A stretch of DNA of 64,000 nt from Nitrospirales bacterium (GCA_963555755.3 OY820905.2:1984001-2048000), one strand, 5' to 3'. Positions 42,502-52,952 are shown, counted from the first letter of the stretch. Notes: generated by a model not told the origin, from the sequence alone. Translations and numbers: made by a program.

Positions 42502-42684
42502 GGAACTGTTGAAAAAGACGGTCAGCCTTCGCCGTAGCGGCTTCGCGCAGGCAGGTCGGGGCTTTATCGAGATTCGCGCTCACAAACTTGGCGCTCTTCG
42601 CGCCGTTCGCCCTCACGTACTCCATGTACGCTGCGGGCGCCAAATCCCCTGCGGCCTTGCTGGACAGCCTTTTTCAACAGCCCC
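42502..42684. mobile_element. MITE-like family E variant with internal insertions
   Basis: Ends GGAACTGTTGAAAAAG/CTTTTTCAACAGCCCC; contains the CTCACGTAC..GTACGCT..CTGCGGCCTTGCTGG core. Confidence 0.75.
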
Positions 42685-42819
42685 TTTTTCCTCCTGCCAC
42701 CGGCAGAATGTTGGAAAGGTTGTTAGGAATTGAAAAAATTTTTGGAATTATTCAACGGTCCCGTTCCTCAAAACCCACCAAAGAATTATACGATTATTCC
42801 CGGTACCTGCTTTACAAAG

Positions 42820-42859
42820 AAAAGGAGCGTGTCAACTTTACGCTGACACGCTCCTTTTT
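42820..42859. terminator. Intrinsic terminator downstream of 42887-43642
   Basis: AAAAGGAGCGTGTCA...TGACACGCTCCTTTTT. Confidence 0.75.
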
Positions 42860-42886
42860 ACAAACAACAACAGACTCAACCGCTAA

Positions 42887-43642
42887 TTACTGAACCGTAC
42901 CCTTGTCCATATTGTTCCGATCAGCACCGTAGTCCGTAGCGATGGTTTTACTCGTTCGCTTGTTGACCGTGTCCGGTTGTGGAGCACATTGCCAGCAAGG
43001 ACCGGCACCCGTGATCACGCCGACGGTCGAGGTAATTCCACCCTGGACAACACCTTCTTGCATGCCACCTGCTGGAACACCTGTGTACCCGGCAGTTGCG
43101 GTGCGGATACCACGATATTTATCCGGATCTGGTCTTTGCCCTAACCCACCACCGAAATCTGGATTGTCTGCACCGCCCAACAATTGAGAGCCATCGATGA
43201 CGACCACTCCCTCTACCACTCTACGACCAGTACTAAATTTGTGTGTGGCATCGGTTTCCTGTCTCAGTGTCACCGACACATAGTCCCCTTGTTTGATGGC
43301 CCTTAAATTCTCGTAGTTAGTATTCTCATTAAAATACAGGGTCTGTAAATTGAGACCCCCACGAAGAGTTTGTCGTTCATCGTGAGAACTTCCGCCCATA
43401 TCGATGAACAACCGGCCACTAGATAAATCGACGCCAACAACTTCTCCATGCACAGTTTCTGGTTGTGACAAATATCGTAGCATGTCACCCTGATCCATAA
43501 CCCGAGATCTGTCGCCAACACCTTGTGATTCACCAACACCCGTACCGTAACCAACGTGTTGCGGCGCACGCTCTTGCGCCATTGCCATGCTGACTGAGCC
43601 TGCAAGAATGATAGCTGCTCCAAGATACCCTAACTTCCGCAT
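42887..43642 (-). CDS. Hypothetical secreted protein with C-terminal CWQC
   Basis: AAGGAGG RBS, signal peptide ending AMA, own terminator. Confidence 0.8.
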   Translation of the reverse strand: MRKLGYLGAAIILAGSVSMAMAQERAPQHVGYGTGVGESQGVGDRSRVMDQGDMLRYLSQPETVHGEVVGVDLSSGRLFIDMGGSSHDERQTLRGGLNLQTLYFNENTNYENLRAIKQGDYVSVTLRQETDATHKFSTGRRVVEGVVVIDGSQLLGGADNPDFGGGLGQRPDPDKYRGIRTATAGYTGVPAGGMQEGVVQGGITSTVGVITGAGPCWQCAPQPDTVNKRTSKTIATDYGADRNNMDKGTVQ

Positions 43643-43918
43643 GTGGCTCCTCCTTAGGAAGATGAAGTTAATAATCAAAGATTAATGCCTATGAATGATA
43701 CCCTATTGAACCTTCATGTAAAGCCAAGAGGGGGTAACTATAGTGATGTCTTCAAGCGCTGTCAAGGGTGTTTTTCCTTAAAAATATCTTGAAACACAGT
43801 AAATTGCCTTGAGAAAACGCCCCACTTTCATTTTGAGGTTATAAACCTATTTTTCTCTTGAGTCCAGCCATCATTATTAATTATTGAAAAATCTAAGCCT
43901 CTGAAATGAAACAACAAA

Positions 43919-44005
43919 TGGTGCCCGGACCGAGGGTCGAACTCGGACTCCCTTGCGAGAACCAGATTTTGAGTCTGGCGCGTCTGCCAGTTCCGCCATC
44001 CGGGC
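43919..44005 (-). tRNA. tRNA-Leu(CAA)
   Basis: GCCCGGA acceptor stem, anticodon arm CCAGA-CTCAAAA-TCTGG, long variable arm, GTTCGA T-loop, 3' CCA. Confidence 0.96.
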
Positions 44006-44166
44006 ATAGGCTAATAACCCACAATTTCTAACATGATCCCCTAGTCACGTCAATGAATGACGCATGAGCTTTTCAGAATTTCTTTTCCCGTGATATGATT
44101 CAGTACATTCCAACCACGAGTCATTATCATGAATCGTTTTTATAGAGTAGAAAAAGGAGATAGTCT

Positions 44167-44439
44167 ATGCCAGAGATTCAATGTTTACGCTGCGAAAAAA
44201 CCGCGGAGATGATGACAGAAAACCTGTTTTTAGGAAAATTGGAAAAAGAAATAAAAAAAAGTGTCTGTGAGGCATGTTGGACTGAATGGGTGAAACCAGG
44301 TGGGGCCAAGACCATGGTCATTAATGAATACCAGCTTAACCTTGGAGATGAAAACGGTCGCGCTACGCTCAAAAAACAATTGCGGGCATTTTTTAAACTC
44401 CCGGATGCCGAGGTTGAGTTTAAAGATTACCGAACCTGA
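44167..44439 (+). CDS. YggX-like Fe(II)-trafficking/oxidative damage protection protein
   Basis: C..C, VCEACW.EW, TMVINEYQLNL. Confidence 0.8.
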   Translation: MPEIQCLRCEKTAEMMTENLFLGKLEKEIKKSVCEACWTEWVKPGGAKTMVINEYQLNLGDENGRATLKKQLRAFFKLPDAEVEFKDYRT

Positions 44440-44553
44440 TAACAGGTTTGCCCTGGCTACTTTGAGTCAGGAAAAGACTACTTAGACGCGTTTTCTCAAA
44501 CCGAAGAAGGAAGCAGAATTCGTTTCTGCAACCGGGCTAGAAAGTTTTGGCAC

Positions 44554-45114
44554 ATGGACACACCGCTTGGAAAAGGAATTTTTCTTATTGCAACCCCCAG
44601 CCTTCGGGAGCCAAACTTCCGCCAAACGGTGGTGCTGCTCTGTGAGCATGGAGAGGAAGGGGCGCTGGGCGTGGTGATCAACCGCCAAACCGAGATGAAC
44701 ATCACCGAGGTCCTCCCCCAGGTCCCCATTCTCGAAGGCCAAAACCATATGGTGTTTGAGGGTGGCCCAGTCCAACGCAATCATTTATTAATTTTGTACA
44801 AGACCCCGGAGGGTCCAGAAGATACCCATCATGTATTTGATGGCGTGTATCTTGGCGGCAATATGACCGCCCTGGAAGACATCTTAAAGAATCCGTTCAG
44901 CCAGGCTAACTTTCGCGCCTTCATGGGGTACTCAGGCTGGGCACCCGGCCAATTAGAATCCGAAATGGAAATCGGATCCTGGCTCACGCTGCCTGCCGAC
45001 TCTTCCTTTATGTTTGATCGAGATCATACCCGCCTCTGGGGTGACATCTTACGGTCTCTAGGAGATCAATACGCGATCTATACGGATATGCCTACCGACC
45101 CACAGATGAACTAA
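44554..45114 (+). CDS. YqgE/AlgH (DUF179) family protein
   Basis: FLIATP.L.EPNF.QTVVLLC.H, GGPV, GYSGWAPGQLE.E. Confidence 0.92.
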   Translation: MDTPLGKGIFLIATPSLREPNFRQTVVLLCEHGEEGALGVVINRQTEMNITEVLPQVPILEGQNHMVFEGGPVQRNHLLILYKTPEGPEDTHHVFDGVYLGGNMTALEDILKNPFSQANFRAFMGYSGWAPGQLESEMEIGSWLTLPADSSFMFDRDHTRLWGDILRSLGDQYAIYTDMPTDPQMN

Positions 45115-45122
45115 CCCGCCAA

Positions 45123-48008
45123 TTAGAGCTTTCTCTTACGCTGCAAAACCAATTCCCCAAGGCAAGGCCGCAAAAATTGCCCTGTGTACGAACGCTTGAT
45201 CCCTACTACATCTTCAGGCCGGCCTTCCGCTACAATCGTCCCCCCCTTATCACCGCCTCCAGGCCCAAGATCAATAATCCAATCCGCTGATTTAATCACA
45301 TCAAGCTGATGTTCCACCACAATGACCGAATTGCCGGCCTCGACCAATCGACCCAGCATCTCCAATAATTTCTGAACATCAGCAAGATGGAGCCCTGTTG
45401 TGGGTTCATCCAGGATATATAGAACACCACGATCAAGTGATGCAGGATCAGGAATGTGAGAAGCATTTTTGGCCTTGCGCTTTTCAGACACCGATGCCAG
45501 CTCGGCAGCCATCTTTAACCGTTGAGCTTCCCCTCCGGACAGGCTAGGGGCAGATTGACCCAATCGGAGGTAGCCAAGCCCAATGTCAAGAAGAAGTCCC
45601 AACACGCGCTGCAAACCCACTGCCGCCCCACGAAATACCTGCTGCGCCTCTTGCACCGTGAGACCAAGGATCTCGTCAATGGAATACCCGCGCCATCGCA
45701 CCTGAAGCACCTCAGGGGTAAAACGACGACCCTCACACGTCTCACACGTCACGTATAAATCCTCGAAAAAATACATTTCGAGCTTTTCCAACCCATTCCC
45801 CTGGCACCGCTGGCACCGGCCCAATCCCGAATTAAAGGAAAAATGCGACGGCGTTAGCCCACGTTGTTTCGCGGCAAAGGTTTCAGCAAACAGTTGCCGG
45901 ATGTGCTGAAAGGCTTTCATATACGTGATGGGATTCGACCGCGGCGTTCGGCCAATCGGTGCCTGATTGATCATCCGAATCGTTCGCAACTGACTCAGAC
46001 CCTCGATTTTATCAAATCGCCCCATCGGCAGAAATTGTACCCCAAAGGCTCGGGCGGCAGCCCGATACAATGTCTGTTCAACCAACGTACTTTTCCCTGA
46101 TCCCGAGACCCCCGTCACACACACAAGCATCCCTAGAGGAAACCGAACCGTCAGGTGTTGCAGATTATTCGCCCGCGCGCCATGAAGGGTCACGAACCGT
46201 CCGCTGTCCGGGCGTCGCACCTGGGGAATAGGAATCTGCTTTTCACCTCGGAGATATTGAGCAGTTAACGCATGAGGATGCATCATGAATTGCTCGCGCG
46301 GAGCCGAGCATACGATCGTCCCGCCTTGCTCACCAGCCAACGGACCAAGCTCAATCACATGATCGGCTTGCTCGATGACCTGACGATCATGCTCCACAAC
46401 CACCACCGTATTCCCGCGATGTGCCAGCTCTTGTAAAATTGTGGCCAACGTGGCCGTGTCCCGCGCATGAAGGCCAATCGTGGGCTCATCCAACACATAC
46501 AGCGTGCCAACAAGATGAGAGCCCAGTTGATTGGCCAGAGAAATGCGTTGGGCTTCACCGCCAGAGAGCGAGCGGGTTTCCCGCAGGAGCGTAAGGTAAT
46601 CCAAACCGACTCGCAAAAGAAATTCGAGTTTATGGCACACACGAGGGAGCAGGTCACGGGTAAGATCAGCTTCAAATGCCGTGAGGGGAAAGTCCTTCAA
46701 CCATTCATCCAATTGCCCCACAGTCCATTGAGAAACTTCATGAATATTTCGACCGTGAATTTTGACATTCAAGGCCTCCGGTTTCAGCCGGCTTCCTTCA
46801 CAAGACGGACACGAAACCGGACTGCGATACCGGCTCAACAACACTCGCACATGAAGTTTATAACGCTTGCCTTCGAGCGTCGAAAAAAACTTGTCGATCC
46901 CCTTGAGCCCCTTCGCCCCCTTCCACAGTAACGCACGATGTTCATCACTCAATTTGTGATACGGTGTCGTGATGTCGATCTCGTACTGCTTGGCCCCACG
47001 CAACAACTGATGCTGCCACCAGAGAGCCGAAGGCTTGGTCCAGGGTTCAATCGCACCCGCAGCCAACGAACGCGAGGGATCAGGCACCACCAACGCCTCG
47101 TCATAGCGCAACACATTGCCAAACCCTTTGCATTTCGGACAGGCGCCTAATGGATGATTGTACGAAAAGAAAACCGGACGTTGAGGCGCCGCTTTGTATC
47201 CACAGGTTTTGCAACGCGCTTCGGCGCTATAAAGGAAGGAGCCTTGGTCAATCACATCGACCCGACACTGGCCCTCACCTTCCCGATACGCTCCTTCCAC
47301 CGCTTCCATCACACGAGAGCGATTATCTGGCCGAAGCACCAATCGATCGAGAACCACATAAAAAAGTTTGGGCCAGCGTTTGGGTAAGGGATCCGAACCA
47401 TCCAAGGACAACACTTTCTCTTTTACAAGGACGCGAACAAATCCTCGACGAAGCAACCAGTCCACAACGGACACATCTTTCGAGATCTTCAATCCCGCAA
47501 GCGGAAATAACACCATGGCCCGGCCTTGTGGAAAGTTATCCAACAACCCGTCCACAACCGCTTCCGGCAAATCCGCGCGAACCTCAACTTGACAGGTAGG
47601 ACAAATAGGTCGGCCCATTGTCGCAAACAAGAGACGGAGATGATCGGCGATCTCAGTGGCCGTCCCGACTGTCGAACGAGCCGTTCGAACGGAGTTCTTC
47701 TGTTCAATCGCAATGGCTGGACGAATGTTCTCGATATGGTCAACCTCGGGCCGGTCTAATCGCTCCACAAACATCCGCGTATACGTCGAGAGTGATTCAA
47801 TAAAACGCCACTGCCCTTCCGCAAACAACGTGTCAAACGCCAGCGACGACTTCCCCGACCCCGACACCCCCGTCACCACCGTCACAGCATTGTGCGGAAT
47901 CGAGACAGAAATATTGCGGAGATTGTTCTGCCGCGCGCCACGAATGATAATTGCGTTTTGAGTTTGTCGTTCTGTCACGACCTGGTATTTCTCATCTCGT
48001 TTGGACAT
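45123..48008 (-). CDS. uvrA: Excinuclease ABC subunit A
   Basis: Two TGVSGSGKS Walker A motifs, Zn fingers, LSGGEAQR, LDEPT. Confidence 0.93.
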   Translation of the reverse strand: MSKRDEKYQVVTERQTQNAIIIRGARQNNLRNISVSIPHNAVTVVTGVSGSGKSSLAFDTLFAEGQWRFIESLSTYTRMFVERLDRPEVDHIENIRPAIAIEQKNSVRTARSTVGTATEIADHLRLLFATMGRPICPTCQVEVRADLPEAVVDGLLDNFPQGRAMVLFPLAGLKISKDVSVVDWLLRRGFVRVLVKEKVLSLDGSDPLPKRWPKLFYVVLDRLVLRPDNRSRVMEAVEGAYREGEGQCRVDVIDQGSFLYSAEARCKTCGYKAAPQRPVFFSYNHPLGACPKCKGFGNVLRYDEALVVPDPSRSLAAGAIEPWTKPSALWWQHQLLRGAKQYEIDITTPYHKLSDEHRALLWKGAKGLKGIDKFFSTLEGKRYKLHVRVLLSRYRSPVSCPSCEGSRLKPEALNVKIHGRNIHEVSQWTVGQLDEWLKDFPLTAFEADLTRDLLPRVCHKLEFLLRVGLDYLTLLRETRSLSGGEAQRISLANQLGSHLVGTLYVLDEPTIGLHARDTATLATILQELAHRGNTVVVVEHDRQVIEQADHVIELGPLAGEQGGTIVCSAPREQFMMHPHALTAQYLRGEKQIPIPQVRRPDSGRFVTLHGARANNLQHLTVRFPLGMLVCVTGVSGSGKSTLVEQTLYRAAARAFGVQFLPMGRFDKIEGLSQLRTIRMINQAPIGRTPRSNPITYMKAFQHIRQLFAETFAAKQRGLTPSHFSFNSGLGRCQRCQGNGLEKLEMYFFEDLYVTCETCEGRRFTPEVLQVRWRGYSIDEILGLTVQEAQQVFRGAAVGLQRVLGLLLDIGLGYLRLGQSAPSLSGGEAQRLKMAAELASVSEKRKAKNASHIPDPASLDRGVLYILDEPTTGLHLADVQKLLEMLGRLVEAGNSVIVVEHQLDVIKSADWIIDLGPGGGDKGGTIVAEGRPEDVVGIKRSYTGQFLRPCLGELVLQRKRKL

Positions 48009-48115
48009 ACCACAAGATCTCATACGCTCAGCAGCAATAGATGTAGGAGTTCTTTACAGTTTGAAGGGGGAAATTTCAAAGAGATGGGATTATGGAGGCC
48101 GAGTTTATTATTTCA

Positions 48116-48196
48116 TCCTAGAAACAGCAGTTGGGCGCAAAAAAAGCCGCGTAAGAAATTGGTGTGCATTGTGAAAGAAAAAAGTCGTGGTCACCT
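48116..48196. mobile_element. Family D left end (partial)
   Basis: TCCTAGAAACAGCAGTTGGGCGCAAAAA...GTCGTGGTCACC matches 8437-8517. Confidence 0.75.
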
Positions 48197-48388
48197 CAAT
48201 CTTATCTATGCTCTTAGAAATGCTGGTTTTGAAATCGTGCGGCAAAAGTGTGGTCATGTGAGTCTTCAAAACAGGGCAAACAACTCTGTCGTGCGGCTGC
48301 ACGATGAACTTGCTAAAGGAACGCTTTGGGTATCCTCAACCAATGGGGATTGAGCAAAGAAGATCTTATCGGATTTCTAAAAAAGTGA
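48197..48388 (+). pseudogene. HicA-like toxin remnant (5' truncated, frameshifted)
   Basis: ALRNAGFEIVRQKCGHVSL...VVRLHDELAKGTL then, in another frame, LGILNQWGLSKEDLIGFLKK*. Confidence 0.7.
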
Positions 48389-48414
48389 AGCTCCCTGCAC
48401 TTTGGGCGGAGGCT

Positions 48415-48849
48415 TCACTCGAATGGATTTTGGACATCCAGGAAGTCAAATTTTCTAAAGTCCCTATCGGTTGTATACAGCTTCCTCACATCGTGTTGCC
48501 GCAATAGGCTGACTAGATGCGCATCGGGCACCAAATTGCCCCGGACAGGAAAATTACCGGTGACCTCTCCATAGACATCCAGGAATCCGTCGGCCTCGGA
48601 CAAGGGTCGAACATGCGGAACTTGGAGGAGAGTCCGAATATTGGTTAACGCTTCCTGCGCAGATAAGGGATGGGTGAAGATTTTAGGATGAGTGGAAATA
48701 CGAAGGTAAGCCATCAGGGTTGGCCATGCCACATACCACATTTCAGTATGAATAGAACAGGTACGAAGAAATTCTATGGCGGATTCATGAAAAGGACTGG
48801 TGCGATCAGAGGCGTAGAGGAGGACATTGGCGTCAACGGCATAACTCAC
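48415..48849 (-). CDS. vapC: VapC PIN-domain toxin
   Basis: VDANVLLYA, YLRISTHP, GNLVPDAHL, TTDRDFRKF. Confidence 0.92.
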   Translation of the reverse strand: MSYAVDANVLLYASDRTSPFHESAIEFLRTCSIHTEMWYVAWPTLMAYLRISTHPKIFTHPLSAQEALTNIRTLLQVPHVRPLSEADGFLDVYGEVTGNFPVRGNLVPDAHLVSLLRQHDVRKLYTTDRDFRKFDFLDVQNPFE

Positions 48850-49085
48850 TTTTTGCCCTGGTCGAGGACTGAGTAAACTGTCTCTTTGTCAGTTAGGTCA
48901 ATTGTCGCGTTCATGGCACGAGTGACCCATTGGAGTTTGGCCGGCTTGTGGGCTTTAGTTCTCCGGGATAAGGCTTCAGCCAACAATTGGGACATGATTT
49001 GCCCCAACGAGCGTTTCTCCTTTTTTTGGAGAGACTTGAGTTCCTTTAAAATTGGGGCATCGATATCAACGGTGGTTCTAGCCAT
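48846..49085 (-). CDS. vapB: VapB antitoxin
   Basis: MARTTVDID..IL.EL; ATGA overlap with vapC. Confidence 0.85.
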   Translation of the reverse strand: MARTTVDIDAPILKELKSLQKKEKRSLGQIMSQLLAEALSRRTKAHKPAKLQWVTRAMNATIDLTDKETVYSVLDQGKK

Positions 49086-49309
49086 GATGCAATGATGATA
49101 GGTCTGGGAACATCTGATGTCAAGAAAAAGAGCACCAAAGCACAGACAACGATTTCGTGACACCGAAAAGTACGAGGACCTGCCCTAGAACGACCAGCGC
49201 CCCCGGCAATTAGCAGGGATCCAGGTTATGAAATAGAGCGAGAAACACGCGAGGTTCCCACCCGCACATCCAGAACAATCTCGCCATACCCTACGCCATC
49301 TCAGCTTCT

Positions 49310-49710
49310 TATTGGTGTGCATGGTGAAATATCGATGGTGATGAGACATTTTTGTATTTTGGCTGGTGCGCCAAGAAGCCTGTCCGAGATTAGGGATCGT
49401 CACGAGGATGTGCTGGTTTGAGTCAGATGTTTCGATCGTTTGAGGCGAATATTGGTGACTATTTAACGAAAACGGGGAATGTTCAAAAAGGCCGTCCAGC
49501 AAGGCCGCAGGGCTTTTGGCGCGCGGAGCGTACACGGAGTACGTGAGCACGCCAAAAGCCCGAGAACGCAGCTGGCGGCCTTTTTCAACATTCCCCGAAA
49601 AGGATCGGAAGATCTGGCCATACCCAGCGTACCCGCAGTAGATCCGTCTAATCTTGGACAGGCTCCTACAGCTTGCGCGGACCTTTGTGATCCAACTGCT
49701 GTTTCTAGGT
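49310..49710. mobile_element. Family D right part carrying J (49375-49666), which carries E (49474-49596)
   Basis: Ends GTTTCTAGGT; J TIR GAAGCCTGTCCGAGATTAG/CTAATCTTGGACAGGCTCC; E TIR GGGGAATGTT.AAAAAGGCC. Confidence 0.8.
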
Positions 49711-49723
49711 TGAATGTGGCACC

Positions 49724-49978
49724 CTACCGATAGACATCTTTGCGATCCCCAAATTTTAATACCAGAACAATCAACTGCTTGTCTTGGATTTCATAAATAA
49801 CCCGAAGGTTGCCTGCCCGCCAACGATATAAACCTTTGAATTCCCCGCTCAACGCTTTGCCCTTATAGGGATCTTTGGCTAAATTCCGTTGGATGTTGTC
49901 CAGAACTCGTTTTTGGACAGATTTCGAAAGTTTCTGCAGATCTTTTTTTACAGATTTTTTAAATCGGATCTCAAACAC
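49724..49978 (-). CDS. relE: RelE/ParE family toxin
   Basis: GKALSGEFKGLYRWRAGNLRVIYEI, G.RKDVYR. Confidence 0.9.
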   Translation of the reverse strand: MFEIRFKKSVKKDLQKLSKSVQKRVLDNIQRNLAKDPYKGKALSGEFKGLYRWRAGNLRVIYEIQDKQLIVLVLKFGDRKDVYR

Positions 49979-50186
49979 CGAGCGCTTTCCTCATTTGCGC
50001 CATCGTCCAGATTTCATCATCCTTATCAGCCCGACGAGCCAGGGCAATTTGATAATCTTCATATTCCTGAAGGTAGAGTTCCAATGCTTTTTTAATAAAA
50101 TAGCTTTTAGGACGTTCCGTCTCTTTCGCCAATCGTCGAAGTTTACGATCTAATTGGTCTTCTACTCTCACAGTTAAGGTTGCCAT
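49971..50186 (-). CDS. RHH antitoxin (RelB/CopG-like)
   Basis: LTVRV...L..KL..LAKETERPKSYFIKKAL; overlaps toxin. Confidence 0.88.
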   Translation of the reverse strand: MATLTVRVEDQLDRKLRRLAKETERPKSYFIKKALELYLQEYEDYQIALARRADKDDEIWTMAQMRKALGV

Positions 50187-50311
50187 TATTCCCTCCAGTA
50201 ATATGGACGCATACTTGTAATACTATAGCATACATGACTGTCGGACAAGGGCATTAGAAACATTGGAACACTTCGATGGATGGGACGTGCAGCTTGGTAT
50301 TTTAAAAAAAT

Positions 50312-50460
50312 GGGACAGATTAATTTTCCCAGCGAAAACTAACTGGCGATTATGACCTCATTGGATCACATGATGAGGGAAATTTGGGAGAATGATCCGA
50401 GCGTTACGCAGCCTGGGGGGCAAGGCTAGCAAACCTCTGCCAGAAAATAAATCTGTCCCC
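50312..50460. repeat. REP-like inverted pair (GGGACAGATTAATTTT / AAAATAAATCTGTCCC)
   Basis: 16-bp imperfect inverted repeat. Confidence 0.55.
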
Positions 50461-50503
50461 TTTTCCTAAGCCCACGAAAGAAATCGAAACTGACCCCATT
50501 TAT

Positions 50504-51299
50504 GGTTCTGTCGCAAATAGCGGAGTGTGTTAACCTGAGGCTATTTGAGGGGGAGCCCATCATGGCAGCCATATCCTTCAAAGGCCGGCATTTTCAGCAA
50601 GACATGATCCTGCAAAGCGTTCGTTGGTATCTCGCATATTCCCTCAGTTACCGGGACATCGAAGAATTGATGCAAGAACGTGGCTTCTCTGTTGATCACA
50701 GCACTATTAATCGCTGGGTCCTTCATTACTCCCCACAACTGGAAGCCGCCTTTCGGCTTAAAAAGAAGCGTGCTGGCACTCGGTGGAGAATGGATGAAAC
50801 CTACATTAAGGTAAAGGGCCAATGGAAATATTATTATCGGGCCATTGATAAGCAAGGGAATACCATCGATTTTCTCTTGACCGCAGCACGAGATACACAG
50901 GCTGCCTTACGCTTTTTGAAGAAAGCCATCAATGAAAACGGTAAACCGAGTCTGGTGAATATCGATCAGAGTGGTGCGAACAAAGCTGGCCTGAAACAGT
51001 TGAATCGAGATTATAATAAACGTATTAAAATCCGTCAGTGCAACTATCTGAACAATATTATCGAGCAAGACCACCGACGCATCAAAAGGCTCACACGACC
51101 GATGTTAGGCTTCAAAAACTTTTATGCGGCCCAACAGACGTTAGCGGGCATTGAAGTCATGGCAATGATCAAGAAAGGTCAGATAAAAACGCCGGCGGGA
51201 GACGCGACCTCTCCTGCCGAACGGTTCTATGCCCTCGCCGCGTAGTGCAGGCCATCCATCAAATGCTTTTCGTCTTGATCGAGTATTTGCGACAGAACC
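50504..51299 (+). mobile_element. IS6 family insertion sequence (796 bp)
   Basis: 16-bp perfect TIR GGTTCTGTCGCAAATA; no flanking duplication visible. Confidence 0.93.
50562..51245 (+). CDS. IS6 family DDE transposase
   Basis: FKGRHF, VDHSTINRWV, WRMDETYIKVKG, NNIIEQDHR. Confidence 0.95.
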   Translation: MAAISFKGRHFQQDMILQSVRWYLAYSLSYRDIEELMQERGFSVDHSTINRWVLHYSPQLEAAFRLKKKRAGTRWRMDETYIKVKGQWKYYYRAIDKQGNTIDFLLTAARDTQAALRFLKKAINENGKPSLVNIDQSGANKAGLKQLNRDYNKRIKIRQCNYLNNIIEQDHRRIKRLTRPMLGFKNFYAAQQTLAGIEVMAMIKKGQIKTPAGDATSPAERFYALAA

Positions 51300-51429
51300 A
51301 AATGCCGCGGTGGGTGAAGTAGGAAGGAACGTTCTAAGTGAAACGGTATACGCGGCATAGGATCCGGCTCCAATTCCTTCCCCTCCCAGGGAAGAATTCA
51401 AGTCTGGCCCCAGTTTTTTAAACCAACTG

Positions 51430-51804
51430 CTACGCAGCCGGTTCGTCGGGAGGTGGATCACCAGGAGGCGGCCCGCTTCGATATAAGCGAATTTCGACTT
51501 TTTCTAGCGTGGCGAGGCCATCGGGGATGGCCTCGTCGATAATCGGCAGAAAGGATTCGATCTTGTCTTTGGTATCGACAATTTCGATCAAGATAGGAAG
51601 GTCATCGGTTAAGCGCAGAATTTTGGTGGTATGTAAATGACTGTGGGCGCCAAATCCCTCAATCCCGCGAAACGCAGTGGCTCCCGCCAGCTTTTGTTCT
51701 CTGGCTTGCTGAATGATCCATTGATACAGTGGTAAATGCCCATGCTTATCCCGTTCACCGATAAAAATTCTGAGTAGATATCCATCCCTGGGGAGAAGCA
51801 TCAA
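51430..51804 (-). CDS. DUF190 family (PII-like) protein
   Basis: LRIFIGE.D, LAGATAFRGIEGFG, DLPILIEIVD; follows fluC. Confidence 0.9.
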   Translation of the reverse strand: MMLLPRDGYLLRIFIGERDKHGHLPLYQWIIQQAREQKLAGATAFRGIEGFGAHSHLHTTKILRLTDDLPILIEIVDTKDKIESFLPIIDEAIPDGLATLEKVEIRLYRSGPPPGDPPPDEPAA

Positions 51805-52185
51805 TCACACCACACGGCCAAGCATATCGCCAAGCCATACCGCGAGTAGGCCAAAGAACACGTGCAAGGATACATTGCCCATCGCCCGAAAGACTTCGGC
51901 ATCTCGAATCAGCGCGAGCGTCTCATAGCCAAACGTGGAAAAGGTCGTAAACCCGCCAAGCATCCCGATCATCAAAAAAAGACGAAGTTCCGGACCGATG
52001 ATCTGCCTCGTTTCGGCCACACCATTCAACACGCCAATACACAAACATCCGACCACATTCACGACGAAGGTGCCAAACGGAAATTCCGACAACGGCATCA
52101 GCCGATGCACAAAACCTGATAGGAGAAACCGAAACACGGACCCGATAAACCCGCCAATTCCAACTATAAAAATTTGCGATGCCAT
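51805..52185 (-). CDS. crcB: Fluoride efflux channel
   Basis: GG.IGS..R, PFGTF.VN, GMLGGFTTFSTF. Confidence 0.95.
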   Translation of the reverse strand: MASQIFIVGIGGFIGSVFRFLLSGFVHRLMPLSEFPFGTFVVNVVGCLCIGVLNGVAETRQIIGPELRLFLMIGMLGGFTTFSTFGYETLALIRDAEVFRAMGNVSLHVFFGLLAVWLGDMLGRVV

Positions 52186-52952
52186 CAGCGTGCGTGGGAA
52201 GGCCTTTTTGGCGAACGACTGCCATCAATTTTCCAAAAGGCAATTCCGCCCAACAGACCAGCCATATTGGAAATGAGCGTGACATTCTCAGGCAATTCCA
52301 AGGTAACCTTCCTGGCGTTGCCGCCACCAATATACAACCGATCATAATTAAATAACGCTTCGAGAGATTGGATGGCAAACTCGAGACGTGTGTTCCATTT
52401 CTTTTTGCCGATTTTCTTCAGTACAACATCCCCCAGTTCTTGTTCATAAGTCTTGGTACTTCGAAACGGATGATGCGCAATTTCCAAATTCGGCACGAGT
52501 CGTCCATCCACAAACAACGCCGACCCAAAGCCTGTCCCCAACGTGACCACGAGTTCCACCCCCTCGCCGCGAATCGCGCCAAACCCCTGTACGTCGGCAT
52601 CGTTGGCCGCTCGAACCGGCTTTCCTAACCGCTGTTCGAGGTTATGGACCAGATCAAACCCTTTCCAGGATGGATCAAGATTCGGCGCCGTCGAGGTCAC
52701 GCCTTTACGGATGACCCCTGGGAACCCAACGGACACGCGATCACACGCACCTTGGCCCTTAGCCAATTCGTCAATGGTATCCAAAATGGCCTGAGGGGTC
52801 GCAGGCCTTGGAGTTTTGATCCGCCCACGCTCGGTGATGGGATGACCTGTATCGTCTAACACAATGGCCTTGACTCCGGTCCCACCGATATCAATCGCCA
52901 AAGTTCGCACAGACCGCGTGTGGGGTCCCTCACTTTTCTTTGCCTTCTTCAT
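52185..52952 (-). CDS. ROK family polyphosphate glucokinase-like protein
   Basis: IDIGGTGVK, VGFPG, NDAD, TLGTGFGSALF, PNLEIAH, YIGGGN. Confidence 0.85.
   Translation of the reverse strand: MKKAKKSEGPHTRSVRTLAIDIGGTGVKAIVLDDTGHPITERGRIKTPRPATPQAILDTIDELAKGQGACDRVSVGFPGVIRKGVTSTAPNLDPSWKGFDLVHNLEQRLGKPVRAANDADVQGFGAIRGEGVELVVTLGTGFGSALFVDGRLVPNLEIAHHPFRSTKTYEQELGDVVLKKIGKKKWNTRLEFAIQSLEALFNYDRLYIGGGNARKVTLELPENVTLISNMAGLLGGIAFWKIDGSRSPKRPSHAR

Noticed and set aside
43919..44005. Genomic island integrated at tRNA-Leu
   Set aside because: No integrase and no duplicate of the tRNA 3' end seen in the window.
50504..51299. IS6 composite transposon
   Set aside because: Only one IS6 copy is present and it has no flanking duplication.
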